DNA of 64,000 nucleotides, taken from Oculina patagonica (lineage: Eukaryota). The translations under genes and the position numbers were made by a program. This document shows, in pieces, positions 21,870 through 32,438 of the stretch; within the stretch, counting starts at the first letter, position 1; each line of letters starts with the position of its first letter. The notes under the pieces were generated by a model, which was not told the origin of the DNA, did no database searches, and was given only the letters and a program-made list of their open reading frames with translations. The stretch covers positions 23,870,001 to 23,934,000 of the forward strand of contig NC_135768.1 of assembly GCF_052425735.1 (NCBI RefSeq). The letters run 5' to 3'.

Positions 21870-22387
21870 ATTATTATCAACTCTACACACACAGTGACAT
21901 CTTAGACCTTAAAAAAGAAAGCAAACAATATTGTTAATGTGAAAAGATTTATTAGATTTAGAACATAATGGAAATAATTTACCAGGGTGCTAGTGGGATT
22001 TGGAGGAAAGGCAGCCAAACAATTTGGTGTGCAAAGAAAGGGGGGCACTCAAATTAAGTACCTTCTACTATTTTTTAATATTAGAATAATTCTAATTTCA
22101 AAACTACATTTTAAATCTTCAATATTTCCTATTTCTCTTAATTACTTTTTTCAAATCCTTTAAGAAAAGCTTTTTCTTTTGAAACATACCCAAAAATCAC
22201 CAAAGAATTAACAAAACACCCCAAAACATAGGCTTAATAAACAAGCATAGTGTGTTTTGAATTGCTTAAAATGCGAACAAGATATTTCCAGTAAACCAAT
22301 GTTAAGTGGCAGGACATTGGAATTCATGATTGTGTACTCCCAGTCTCCCAACCTTAAAGGCACAGTACACGTCCCATGAGTTAGTGC

Positions 22388-22907
22388 CAATAGGCCTTAT
22401 CACGGTTTTTGACGCCATTTGACGAGTAGGCAAAGCGGGTAGGAATTATAGTGTTTATATGGGAAACCGACGGCAAATATCTTTTACAAAAATTGAATTC
22501 TGGGCAACTTACTGTATGAATTGTAAAGTTAAGATACTAGGTAAATGTTTTTTTTTTGCCAAGTTTGAAGGATGTAGCTGGGCTAGAAAGCGTTCAGTTA
22601 TGTTTTTAATTTCCCATACATTTGTCTATAATTTTTCTCGCGAACAGCGTCAATCATGCGGAAAAAAATACAGACAAATGTATGGGGAAATTAAAAACGT
22701 AACTGAAAACTTTCTAGCCCAGCTACATCCTTCAAACTCGGCAAACAAAAACTTTTGCCTAGTATCTTAACTTTATAATTCATAAGTTGTCCAGAATTCA
22801 AGTTTTGTAAAAGATATTTGCTGTTGGATTCCAATACAAACACTGTAATTTCTACCGGCTTTGCCTACTCGTCAAGATGGCGTCGAAAACCGTGATAAGG
22901 CCTATTG
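22388..22907. mobile_element. Foldback MITE (~520-bp imperfect palindrome)
   Basis: Whole element is self-complementary (CAATAGGCCTTATCACGG ... CCGTGATAAGGCCTATTG) with a short central loop. Confidence 0.9.
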
Positions 22908-23607
22908 AAAATGCAATGAAGGTGTTGGTATGAATTAGAAATCCACTCATAGTAGATTGGTCCTACTGAAACATACTGTACATTTCACAAAAATTTGTTA
23001 AAAGATGGTTTGGCTATACGGACAGATAGGACTGTAGTGGCCTAAAACTTGAAAAAGTCAGGACGAGGTTTTCAAGTATGACAGCGTAACTTGATTACGT
23101 TTATTTACAGTTTGCCTGAGTGTAATGATTTGCGTACTCAAGGCTTGTAAAGACTCAGGAGATTGTGGACATTAGAACTGATTCATTTAATGAGATCGCC
23201 AACCCGAATGTCACACAACAGGGAAGCCCATTGTGTAACAATAAAGTAATCACGTGACAATCATGGGGCATCTCGACACACTGAGTGTTTCCAAATAAGC
23301 TTAGAAGTCCTCCAGGGACTTTGGTTGCAGTTACATGTAGTTGCACTTTAATCTGCTTTTGGTTTGTTCTACTTCAGTTTGCTTACAGTTAGCTTGGGGA
23401 ATCCCCCTTCCCACTAAAAATCTAGTGTTTCATAAGGAGGCCGACTGTATGATCCTTTAGTTATATTTGCAAAATATGCATAACTTCAGTTAGAAGAAGC
23501 GGTACTAAACTGGTTTTTAATGGATGCATAATTATAAGCCTGATTGTTCTGCCTTGAATATTAAGTTGATTTAAGCCTAATTTCAAGCCTGTCAATGTGT
23601 CAAATAA

Positions 23608-24247
23608 TGCACCTATCAATGTGAATCCCGCGGGGGGGGGGGGGGGAGTGCGGGCCAGGGGTGGGGATTTGACAGAAAATTAAAAATTGCAGTCAAATTC
23701 CCGTGGGTGGGAAAAATATTTTGTTCCAATGTATCTAAGAAGACCCACACAGGGGCAGAATTCTAAAACAAACCAACAAGTACTTCCTACATAACTTTAT
23801 AAATAAATAAATGTGTTCATTCATCTGTAATATAAAGGTCAGTGACCCGTTTCGGTATTCATATTGAAAACAATAAAAGGTCACGGACGTCTTAGATTTC
23901 CCTCAGGATTTCTACTCCAATATGTACTTGAAAGTAAAAATATTCTTAAAATCGCTATTTTATGACTAAATGGCGTTAAAAGTGGCAGATAAATGCCGAT
24001 GAAAAACTTAGAAACGTACCTTGCAATGAAGCATATGATTTCCAAAGCCACGAGAAGGAAGAACTTGGTAACCGCGTCTGAAGATTGGATCCAGGCGCTT
24101 CCCGGTCAAAGTCAAATGTCCCAACCCCCGGGATGCGACTCGCAGTCAAATGCCCGACAGAGGGGATCGTTCTTGTTGTCAAATCCCGTGCCTTTGCCCG
24201 CACTCCCCGCCCCCCCCCCCCTCGCAGGATTTACATTGATAGGTGCA
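23608..24247. mobile_element. PIF/Harbinger-type MITE with TAA TSD
   Basis: TIR TGCACCTATCAATGT/ACATTGATAGGTGCA flanked by TAA on both sides. Confidence 0.85.
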
Positions 24248-24266
24248 TAAAGAAGACACTTTCAGT

Positions 24267-25594
24267 GGGTTGTCCTAAAACCCGGAATGCCGGAAACCCA
24301 GAAAACCGGAATACCGAAAATCCGGATAAGAAAGCCCGGAATCCTAAAACCCGGAGTGACCTTTTTTGTATACGACTTTTTCAAGATAAATACGTGGAAA
24401 TATGTTATAATTTTGGGAAATTGGAAGTTTGTTATGAGTTGCCAATTACGTTGCGATACAAAGTTCCCAACTTCGGCCTTACTGAACTTCGCAACTTAGC
24501 TAGTTGAAAGAAACAAAACATGTTGTTTCTAAGTCATGGCGATATCTGAACTCGATAATTTTAAAAGAAACAAGTTGCGGCGGGAATATTCCAGCGATTC
24601 TTGCGGCTCAAGTTGCACAAATATTTGTTTGACGAAAACGCACAATGATCAATGTTCTGACTGAGGTGAGATAGAAGCATTACATTCATATACCGTCTAT
24701 TGCATCTAAGCATGAACACGTCCTTTCAAAAATGGGTATCAAACGCTGTCGATATTCGTCGCTTGATGATGGAAGCAATAATTAAGTTGAAGTGTCAGAC
24801 AACGTTTCGCACCAGCGATCACGCAATAATTTGCCGATAAATAAATTTTGTGCAGGCTTAAATTTGGTCAATTTTTTCTTTTTTGTACAAAAATATATTT
24901 TTTACGCTTTGTGCGAGGTATAATCTTAATTTTCAAGTCTTTTGCGTTTGTAAGCCGGATGAAACTGGATGCATGGTTTACCCATCTTTACGTAAAGTTG
25001 ATTTTAATCGAAGACGAAGCGAGGCGACAGGGAAGACTTAATTTGTCACGCCAACATGTTTACGGCTCGCTGAACAAAGCTGAACATTAATTTAAAGTTT
25101 TTGAACCTTTTATATTTTTATTTTTATGGCTTTTTCCCAACGGTTAAGCGTAGCAAAGCCCTTTTTGATAACATAACTACTGAAGGTTTTAATCTGCACA
25201 AGTTAAAAACAATGTAAGGTTTTTATTGACGTCGATTATTTGTTCAAATAAGTATCTTGCAACTTGAGCCACAAGAATCGCTGGAATATTCCCGCCGCAA
25301 CTTGCCTTGATAATATCGCCATGACTTTGAAACAACATGTTTTGTTTCTTCCTACTAGCTAAATTGCGAAGTTCAGTCGGGCCGAAGTTGGGAACTTTGT
25401 ATCGAAATTGACAATTTGATTTGCTAACTCGCAACGTAATTGGCAACTCGAAACAAACTTCCAATTTCCCAAAAATATAACATATTTCCACGTATTTATC
25501 TTGAAAAAGGCGTACACAAAAAAGGTCATTCCGGGTTTTAGGATTCCGGGCTTTCTTATCCGGATTTCCGGCATTCCGGGTTTTAGGACAACCC
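24267..25594. mobile_element. Long-TIR (~360 bp) non-autonomous element, Mutator/foldback-like
   Basis: GGGTTGTCCTAAAACCCGGAAT... inverted at both ends with internal CCGGAA repeats. Flanking direct repeat CTTTCAG(T/C). Confidence 0.85.
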
Positions 25595-25861
25595 CTTTCA
25601 GCTGCTTTCAGATTCTGCTAAGGTTCGCTAGTGTTTTCCAAAGGGAACATGCAAGCGATGATTTTGTGCGAAAACTCTGGCAATTCTAGGGTTAAACATA
25701 ACAACAACTGATGATGATTTATACGTAAGCTTACATGTATGTTCGAAATAGCGTCCATTTTGTTTTTCAAATTGGACACAAAACTGACTTCATTCGGGCA
25801 TTTCATTGCACCATGATTACTCTTCTAGCTATTTAAAATGACTTCATTAAGTTTTTCTTAC

Positions 25862-26100
25862 CTTCGGAGGCGAAACATGGAATAAATGAATTGCGTGCAA
25901 TGATCCTAACCCAACTAAAATCACGCTTGAACGGACGAAAGCGAACCACGGATGAACGAACAAAATCAGCCATTGGAACACTGGTCCCGAGTCTGCTCGC
26001 GACAATTAGAAAAGCAGGAAAGCGAAACCGAGGACTGGACTTGTTTCCCATGAACGAAGGATCAAAAAAGTCGCACGGAAAAACACACTGTAAATAGCAT
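25862..26100 (-). other. Probable non-coding first exon of ZNF-A (5' boundary approximate)
   Basis: Donor GAAG|GTAAGAAAAA, homologous to the ZNF-B upstream exon ending at 30535. Confidence 0.6.
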
Positions 26101-27131
26101 GCTAAACGACAAAAGACAGTTTAAAACAATTTTATAAGTGAGCTTGAAAGTTTTTTAAGCTTTTAAATAATCAGTATTATTACAGTTCTAGACTATTATT
26201 ACACAACATAGACCTACCTAAGGTCATGTGATTTCACTTCTTTGTGGCACATGTTGTTTCAGAGTCAGACAGACAGACAGACAGACAGACATGCAAACAA
26301 GTAAGCAGACTGTTGTGCTAAGCTTGCAGGCATGGACTGGTTGATTATCAACTTCAAGTTGATTTAATTATACATTTAAAGTCAAATAAATTGCTAAAGC
26401 GAATTTTAATAAGCTGACATTTCGAGCATTTGCCTTTATCAGTTTAACAGAAGACACAGTTGAGACAGAAACAACAACATTAACTTATTACATGTAACAT
26501 TTCGAGTCGTGTTTTTCATACTGTAACTATCACTTACCAGTATCACCAATAAGGGACCGGCTACAGTTAAATATAAGTAGTAATAAGTAATAAGTAAGTT
26601 TATTAGTTGTTTCCATTGAATGGTTTTACAAGATAAACAAATTTAATTTTTACCACTTAGTTATTGAAATTTTCTAATAGTTGCTACCTTTTCCTTCTCA
26701 GATCATGCGATGTTACTGGGCGAATTTATTTCTTTCAAATTTAGTTATAATCACATTTACATTGGGACAAAATAAGCTGCAATTCTTTGAACAAAGTCAC
26801 TTAATCCTAAAAGGACCATCATGAATACACAAAATTTGTATCGTTTTATTGATATCTTTCATATGCATAATGCAAATATCACTTGGATTACACCAGTTCG
26901 CTAAAAAATGAGTATAAACAAATCTTCAGAATAATGTAAAACATGTACAATGCAAATTGTACATTGTCTGTCTGTCTTTCTGTCTGTCTGTCTTTCCTCG
27001 ACAAAAAAACACTATAAACGAAAGAGCGCCCTTCCCAAGGGTTTACGCATCGCTAGTTGCTCCCCAGGGGGGCAACGAACAATAACGTCAATGCAACTTA
27101 TTAGAATTCTGCGAACCTTGCAAAATCCATC

Positions 27132-27174
27132 ATTCTCTGAAGAAGACCACAGAAGGCGATCGAAAATTTAGAAT
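27132..27174 (+). ncRNA. Minimal hammerhead-like motif (solo PLE terminal-repeat remnant)
   Basis: ATTCT-CTGAAGA-A-GACC...GATC-GAAA-AT-TT-AGAAT. Helix I ATTCT/AGAAT, palindromic AATT, one mismatch in helix II. Confidence 0.6.
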
Positions 27175-27651
27175 ATCCTTTTATATTTTAAGATCTGTTT
27201 AAACCATTTTTATATTTTAAGCTATGACCACAGATCGCTCCAGCAGTTTTATTTACAATGCAAATGTTATTTTCAGTGGTCAATAATACAACTTCATGCA
27301 ATTGAGCACTTTCATGAATTTGAGTGTTGAGTGAAGCCAAACCTAAATAAACAATAATCACCATTCACAACAAAGGTAAACAACACAACAAACCAATGAA
27401 AGCTTGGGGCAAATATATGATTAGTTTTGGTTTCACATCTAATTTGCTGAGCAGGTGGCACAAAGCCAGAGCAATTAAAAGTTTTTGTCCATATTCAGTT
27501 ATGACACTCAAATGATAGTCAGATAAACATACGATTAGAAATTAAGCATAATCTTGCTAAAAAAAAATCCCAACTTCTAGGAAGCTGATCGGTTGGCAGA
27601 GAATTTGAACTCAGACCCTCTAGTTGTCAGAGTGAAGGAGTTATACACAGG

Positions 27652-28060
27652 AAATTAGCCATGTTCGAAACGAGCAGTGGACTGGGTACAAATATTCAAT
27701 ATCGATTGAATTGAAAAATTGAGCCTGTCATCTGAAAGAGCACCCACAAATTAGTAACTTAGCCAAATTTGAGCGGTATTGGTTTAAACGCAAAGGCATG
27801 GTACTCTTTTAAAAATCGTTAAAATAAGAGAGCTTAGTATGGATTGGAGGGACAGCGGTCCCTCCAATCCATACTAAGCTCTCTTATTTTAACGATTTCT
27901 AAAAGTGAACCATACCTATGCGTTTAAACCAATAACAATCAAATTTTGTAAATAAACTAAATTTTTGGATGCTCTTTCAGATGACAGGGTTCATTTTTCA
28001 ATTCAATCGATATTGAATATTCGTACCCAGTCCCCTGCTCGTTTTGAACATGGCCAATTC
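27652..28060. mobile_element. Foldback MITE (~410-bp palindrome)
   Basis: Self-complementary over its whole length, with perfect 41-bp inner arms around an AGCG loop (27854-27857). Confidence 0.88.
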
Positions 28061-28565
28061 GAAATTGATACAAATCCAGGCCTCTGACCAACACTCGGCC
28101 TAATAACTTTTTGGTTCAAGCCACTGGAAAAAATTCTGGAAAATTTCTAGTCCTGTTTCCTCAGAAAAATAAATGTTTTGTTCCATTCTTACCATTTTAC
28201 AGCTTTTCACTGACTTTTTTTTTTGGGGGGGGGGGGAAGGGGGGAGAATTTCGAATGAAACACCATTCTTTCCAAACAAAAATGGCAAACTAAAATTTAC
28301 AGAATTATTTTTTAGTAACTGATAAACAACAACAACAATGCCTTTTTTGTTTTTGTGTTGATACAAAATCCGATTCAAGCTCTGTTACCTCTGTTTTGTT
28401 TAATGACTTTCTCTTTGCAGAATGTATAGGCCTACTTTGGGTATACATGAATGGGTACAGAAGGATCAACTCCTAAGTAACACAGTCATATGGCCAGATT
28501 TCTCGGAGTGATCTTTTCACAGAAACAATCGCCGCAACTCAGAAGACATGCGCATTGATAAGGCT

Positions 28566-29633
28566 TCACTCGTGTTCGACTTTAATATCACTTAAAAGTC
28601 CAGAGATGCTGAAGCAATTTTCACCATCCTTGCTATTTACTGGTTGCTTCGCATCCTGATTAAATTCAACTACTGCCCTCTCTATTTCATGAAACATTGC
28701 ATCTTGCCTGAGTTGTGTTGCAGAATTAAATTGCTTGCCACAAAGATGGCATTCAAAATGTGCACAGCCATGTTCCTTTAGATTTCCTGCCTGGAGGAAA
28801 CCCTTTTCCCTTTTAAAAGATTTTTCTCCAGTATGTAATCTCACATGTTGCTGTAGATCTTCTGCCTCAAGAAAACTCTTGCCACACTGTTTGCATTTAT
28901 GAGGCTTTTCTCCTTTGTGCACCCACATGTGTTGCTTTAGATACCCTGAGCAGTTAAAATACTTGTCACAATACTTGCATTTAAAAGGTTTCTCTCCCGT
29001 TTGTGATCTCACGTGTTGCCTCAAATCTCCTTTCAAAGGAAAACACTTGCCACATAGCTTGCATTCATATAAAGGTTTCTTTGCAGTATGTAATCTCGAG
29101 CACTTGTGCTGCTTTAGATTTCCAGCCTGACTAAAACACTTGCCACATCGCTTGCATTCATAAGGTTTCTCGCCAGTATGTGATCTTGCGTGTGCCTTCA
29201 GTAAATACCCTTTGTCATAAAAACACTTGCCACATTGCTTGCATTCATAAGGCTTTTCTTTAGTATGTGACCTTGCATGCCGCTTTAAATGCCCTTTACG
29301 ATAAAAACACTTGCCACATTGCTTGCATTTATAAGGTCTCTTTCCAGTATGTAATCCTGACCTCTCATGTTGCTTTAGATTTCCTAAATGACTAAAACAC
29401 TTGCCACATTGCTTGCATTTATAAGGTCTCTTTCCAGTATGTAATCCCGACCTCTTGTGCTGCCTTAGATTTCCTACATGACTAAAACACTTGCCACATT
29501 GCTTGCATTCAAAAGGCTTCTCTCCTGTATGAAATTTCTCATGTCGTCTAAGATTCTTTGCCAAACTAAAACACTTCCCACACTCCTTGCATTTGAATGT
29601 TTTCTCATCTGTGGAAACTTTTTTCTCTTCCAT
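28566..29633 (-). CDS. C2H2 zinc-finger protein (ZNF-B)
   Basis: ATG at 29633 (MEEKKVSTDEK, equivalent to the ZNF-A start). ~9 tandem fingers with TGEKP linkers plus degenerate C-terminal fingers. Acceptor before 29699. Confidence 0.9.
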   Translation of the reverse strand: MEEKKVSTDEKTFKCKECGKCFSLAKNLRRHEKFHTGEKPFECKQCGKCFSHVGNLRQHKRSGLHTGKRPYKCKQCGKCFSHLGNLKQHERSGLHTGKRPYKCKQCGKCFYRKGHLKRHARSHTKEKPYECKQCGKCFYDKGYLLKAHARSHTGEKPYECKRCGKCFSQAGNLKQHKCSRLHTAKKPLYECKLCGKCFPLKGDLRQHVRSQTGEKPFKCKYCDKYFNCSGYLKQHMWVHKGEKPHKCKQCGKSFLEAEDLQQHVRLHTGEKSFKREKGFLQAGNLKEHGCAHFECHLCGKQFNSATQLRQDAMFHEIERAVVEFNQDAKQPVNSKDGENCFSISGLLSDIKVEHE

Positions 29634-29878
29634 ATCATCAATTATTAACAGTCGCTGTACTTCAGGTAATGAGCAGTAGGTGCCACGATGTCCTAAGACC
29701 TTTAAAAAGCAAGAAGAAAGCAAATGACCTTTAAGTTATAAATTTTGTGAAATAGTTAATTGAATTTAGGACAAAATGAAAATCAGTAACAGTTACAAGG
29801 GGGGGGGGGGAGGTGGTACGATTTGGAATGGAAGCAGCCATAAAAGGATGGTGTTTAAGGAGGGGGCAATCAAATGAG

Positions 29879-30115
29879 CAGACCTCTCAACCTCAAAGCA
29901 CTGGAAATCTGGAGATTGAGGTCAAAAAATCTGGAGATTTCAGTACAAACCGGGAGATTGATCAACTGACGGAAAAAAATAACTAAAAGAGTCCTAAACC
30001 AGGCGCTAATCAAATGACTTGTTACTCTGTTTACCGTGAGATTTCTGTTTCTCATCGTGAAATTGAAGTGAAAACCGTGAGTCTCACGACAAAATCATTA
30101 GACTTGAGAGGTCTG
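29879..30115. mobile_element. MITE, TIR CAGACCTCTCAA
   Basis: 12-bp inverted termini, internal GGAGAT/GTGAGA repeats. TSD unclear. Confidence 0.7.
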
Positions 30116-30534
30116 AATGAATTATATGTACCCATACACGGTATAGATGCAAAATGGTGCACCATTTAATAAATAGTGTTTCTGAGGTCCTGAAAATTTA
30201 AAATCTCTTCCCTCACTCCCCTAACTTTATTAAATAAATTCCACAATTCCACCAGACTCTTACAGCCTATATGTAAACAAATTAAAAACACTTTCTGTCA
30301 ATTTTTGCTAGCATAAGCGATGCGATAGCGATGATTTGTTATAAAAACGCTAGTAACATCATATTTGCCCTAAAAACCTAACTTCGTAAATTACGAAACT
30401 GAAAAACAAAATGGAAGCTATATCATAGCTAAGTAGCTTTTATTTTGGTTTCGGTTTTGTCCTGCAACTGGACTCAAAAGTGACCTCCATACTCTCCCAG
30501 CTATTAAAAATAACCTCGTGTCATTTTTTCTTAC

Positions 30535-30700
30535 CTTCAGAGGAAAAACAGCAAATAAATGAGCTGAAAGTACTTCGAACATTAACCAACTTAGAAAGAG
30601 ATGAAGCACTGGAGCCCAGTCTTTTCGCGAGAACTTCCAACAAATTCAACGGTTGGAACTCGGGGTGGACTTGTAACTCATGAACGACGGATCAGGAAGA
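30535..30700 (-). other. Probable non-coding first exon of ZNF-B (5' boundary approximate)
   Basis: Donor GAAG|GTAAGAAAAA, homologous to the 25862 region including flanking intron. Confidence 0.6.
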
Positions 30701-30861
30701 GTTTCTCGAAAGCAGAACACTTTAAAAAGCGAATAAAGAACAGTTCAAACAAGCTTTTCTACTTTCTTACTCGAGTTACTTATAAAAAAACTGGTAACGT
30801 GACATATCAAAATCGTAACGAACGGTAATTTGTATACAGTGATCAGTGAAGTCGACTTGCG

Positions 30862-31095
30862 ACCTTATTTAGCTACATATTTACATATTTTCGCGGGACT
30901 TAATTTTCGCGATTTTCGCGACTTTTAAAAAATCGCCAAATTAAAGAACCGCGAAAATTTATTTTAAACGTTTTTATTGTATTTTTTTGGTTAATTACGT
31001 ATTTTTGGCCAAATCGCGAAAATTAAGTCTCGCGAAATATTCTCGTTCCATTTTCGCGAAATTAAGTTCCAGCGAAAATAAGTAACAATAAGGTA
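30862..31095. mobile_element. Second copy of the 9446-9671 MITE
   Basis: High similarity over ~215 bp. Left TIR degraded. Confidence 0.8.
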
Positions 31096-31224
31096 CTTAC
31101 TGGTTTTCAATTTTATTTGCCATCACTAGATCGAGTACTTTTAAAAGGACTGTAATGGGGCACTTTGTGCATGATACTAGCGTACTATTTTATGTCATTT
31201 GCATCTAATTTGGTGTCATATTTC

Positions 31225-31509
31225 TAGAGCAGTTTTCAATTGAGTGTCGTAAAACCAAAACCAAAGTAATTACTCTGGCCAATCACAAAGGACACAGACA
31301 ATCCAGTGAACCAATCAAAACTCGAAGCAAATACATGTAGCTGGCACGAAGCGCGGGAAAACGTGCGCGAGTGAGTCACGATTGGTTTTGGTTTTACTCC
31401 TGATTGGCTGAGAAAGTGGCGCGAGATTTTTAAGCCAATCACTAAGCGTAGTAATGCAAAACCAAAGCAAACGCAATTTACTTTCGACACTCAAGTGAAA
31501 ACAGCTCTA
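31225..31509. mobile_element. MITE, TIR TAGAGCAGTTTTCAATTGAGTGTCG, CCAATCA-rich
   Basis: Inverted termini. Degenerate relatives at ~20110-20245, ~27300-27510 and ~34630-34750. Confidence 0.85.
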
Positions 31510-32221
31510 ACCTAATTTTCTTGTCATTGTTATTTCGCCACCCTTTGTTTTAACATGTTCTGCTTTGGGATATTCCTTTTGGGTTTTCTTGACAGTTTAG
31601 TTCACTGAATTTTACACATGTTTCGATTTTTCTGCCCTGTTATCTGTTTAATTTGCTTAGATAATTGCGTGTCCTGTCCCGCGCCATTTTTGTTTACTTT
31701 CTTCCCATGACAGACTGAAAGAGTGTCTAATTAGGCTTTGGTAGATTGTGCCCGAAATAAAAGCATATTATGCTTTTAGCAGTGCTCATATTTTTTAGAA
31801 ATTATGCCAAAATTATGCTACTTTCTGAAAATTATGCTCTCTGTCACCGAAATTATGCTACTTAGATTTTAAAGAAAATAAAGATCACCATTTGCATTTA
31901 TCATGGATTTTCAGTATATCTGGCCTCAGTTGCTGTACGATTTGTCTGTGTGGAAAAGTGCTTGGCGTTAGCCCTGTGATAGCGAACTTTTTGCTCCTGA
32001 AACCCGGCTAAGGCCTTGTCAGCAAGATTGGTTGGTGGCTTGCTAGCCTTTCGTCTTGAGTCATGGGTAGCTGGATAGGATTTTTCTGGTTTGAGTTTTG
32101 GGCCTTGTCTTTGAGTATTGGCAATGTCTCGGGTCATCTGGTTATGGGCCATGTAATGCGCAAACTTCTGGGCGCGGGGGGGGGGGCATATCTCCATCTC
32201 TTATTATATATCAAGATTATA

Positions 32222-32438
32222 TATATACTATTCTCGCCAGTCCCTTACAAGCATGAGTATAAATAAGAATCCGGCATTATGTCGCCGGTACCCATTTTTA
32301 CACCTGGGTGGAGAGAGGCACTATGAGAGTAAAGTGTCTTGCCCAAGAACACAACACAAGTGACCCCGGCCGGGGCTCGAACTCGGACCGCTGGATCCGG
32401 AGTCCGGCGCTCTAACATTAGGCCACCGCGCCTCCCAT
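32222..32438 (-). mobile_element. tRNA-derived SINE
   Basis: Minus strand has A box GTGGCCTAATG and B box GTTCGAGCC, then CTTGGGCAAGACACTTTACTCTC (CORE/Meta-like central domain). Same head as 45078-45358. Confidence 0.85.

Noticed and set aside
23976-25689. Cluster of short ORFs
   Set aside because: All lie in MITE TIRs and subterminal repeats, with no transposase motifs.
29634-29723. N-terminal extensions of the ZNF ORFs (also 21870-21890)
   Set aside because: Non-ATG starts, the ZNF-B extension crosses a splice acceptor, and acceptor phase differs between paralogs while the ME(D/E)K ATG is conserved.
32355-32438. tRNA gene (also ~45285-45360, ~42316-42400)
   Set aside because: A/B boxes run straight into SINE body sequence, with no complete cloverleaf.
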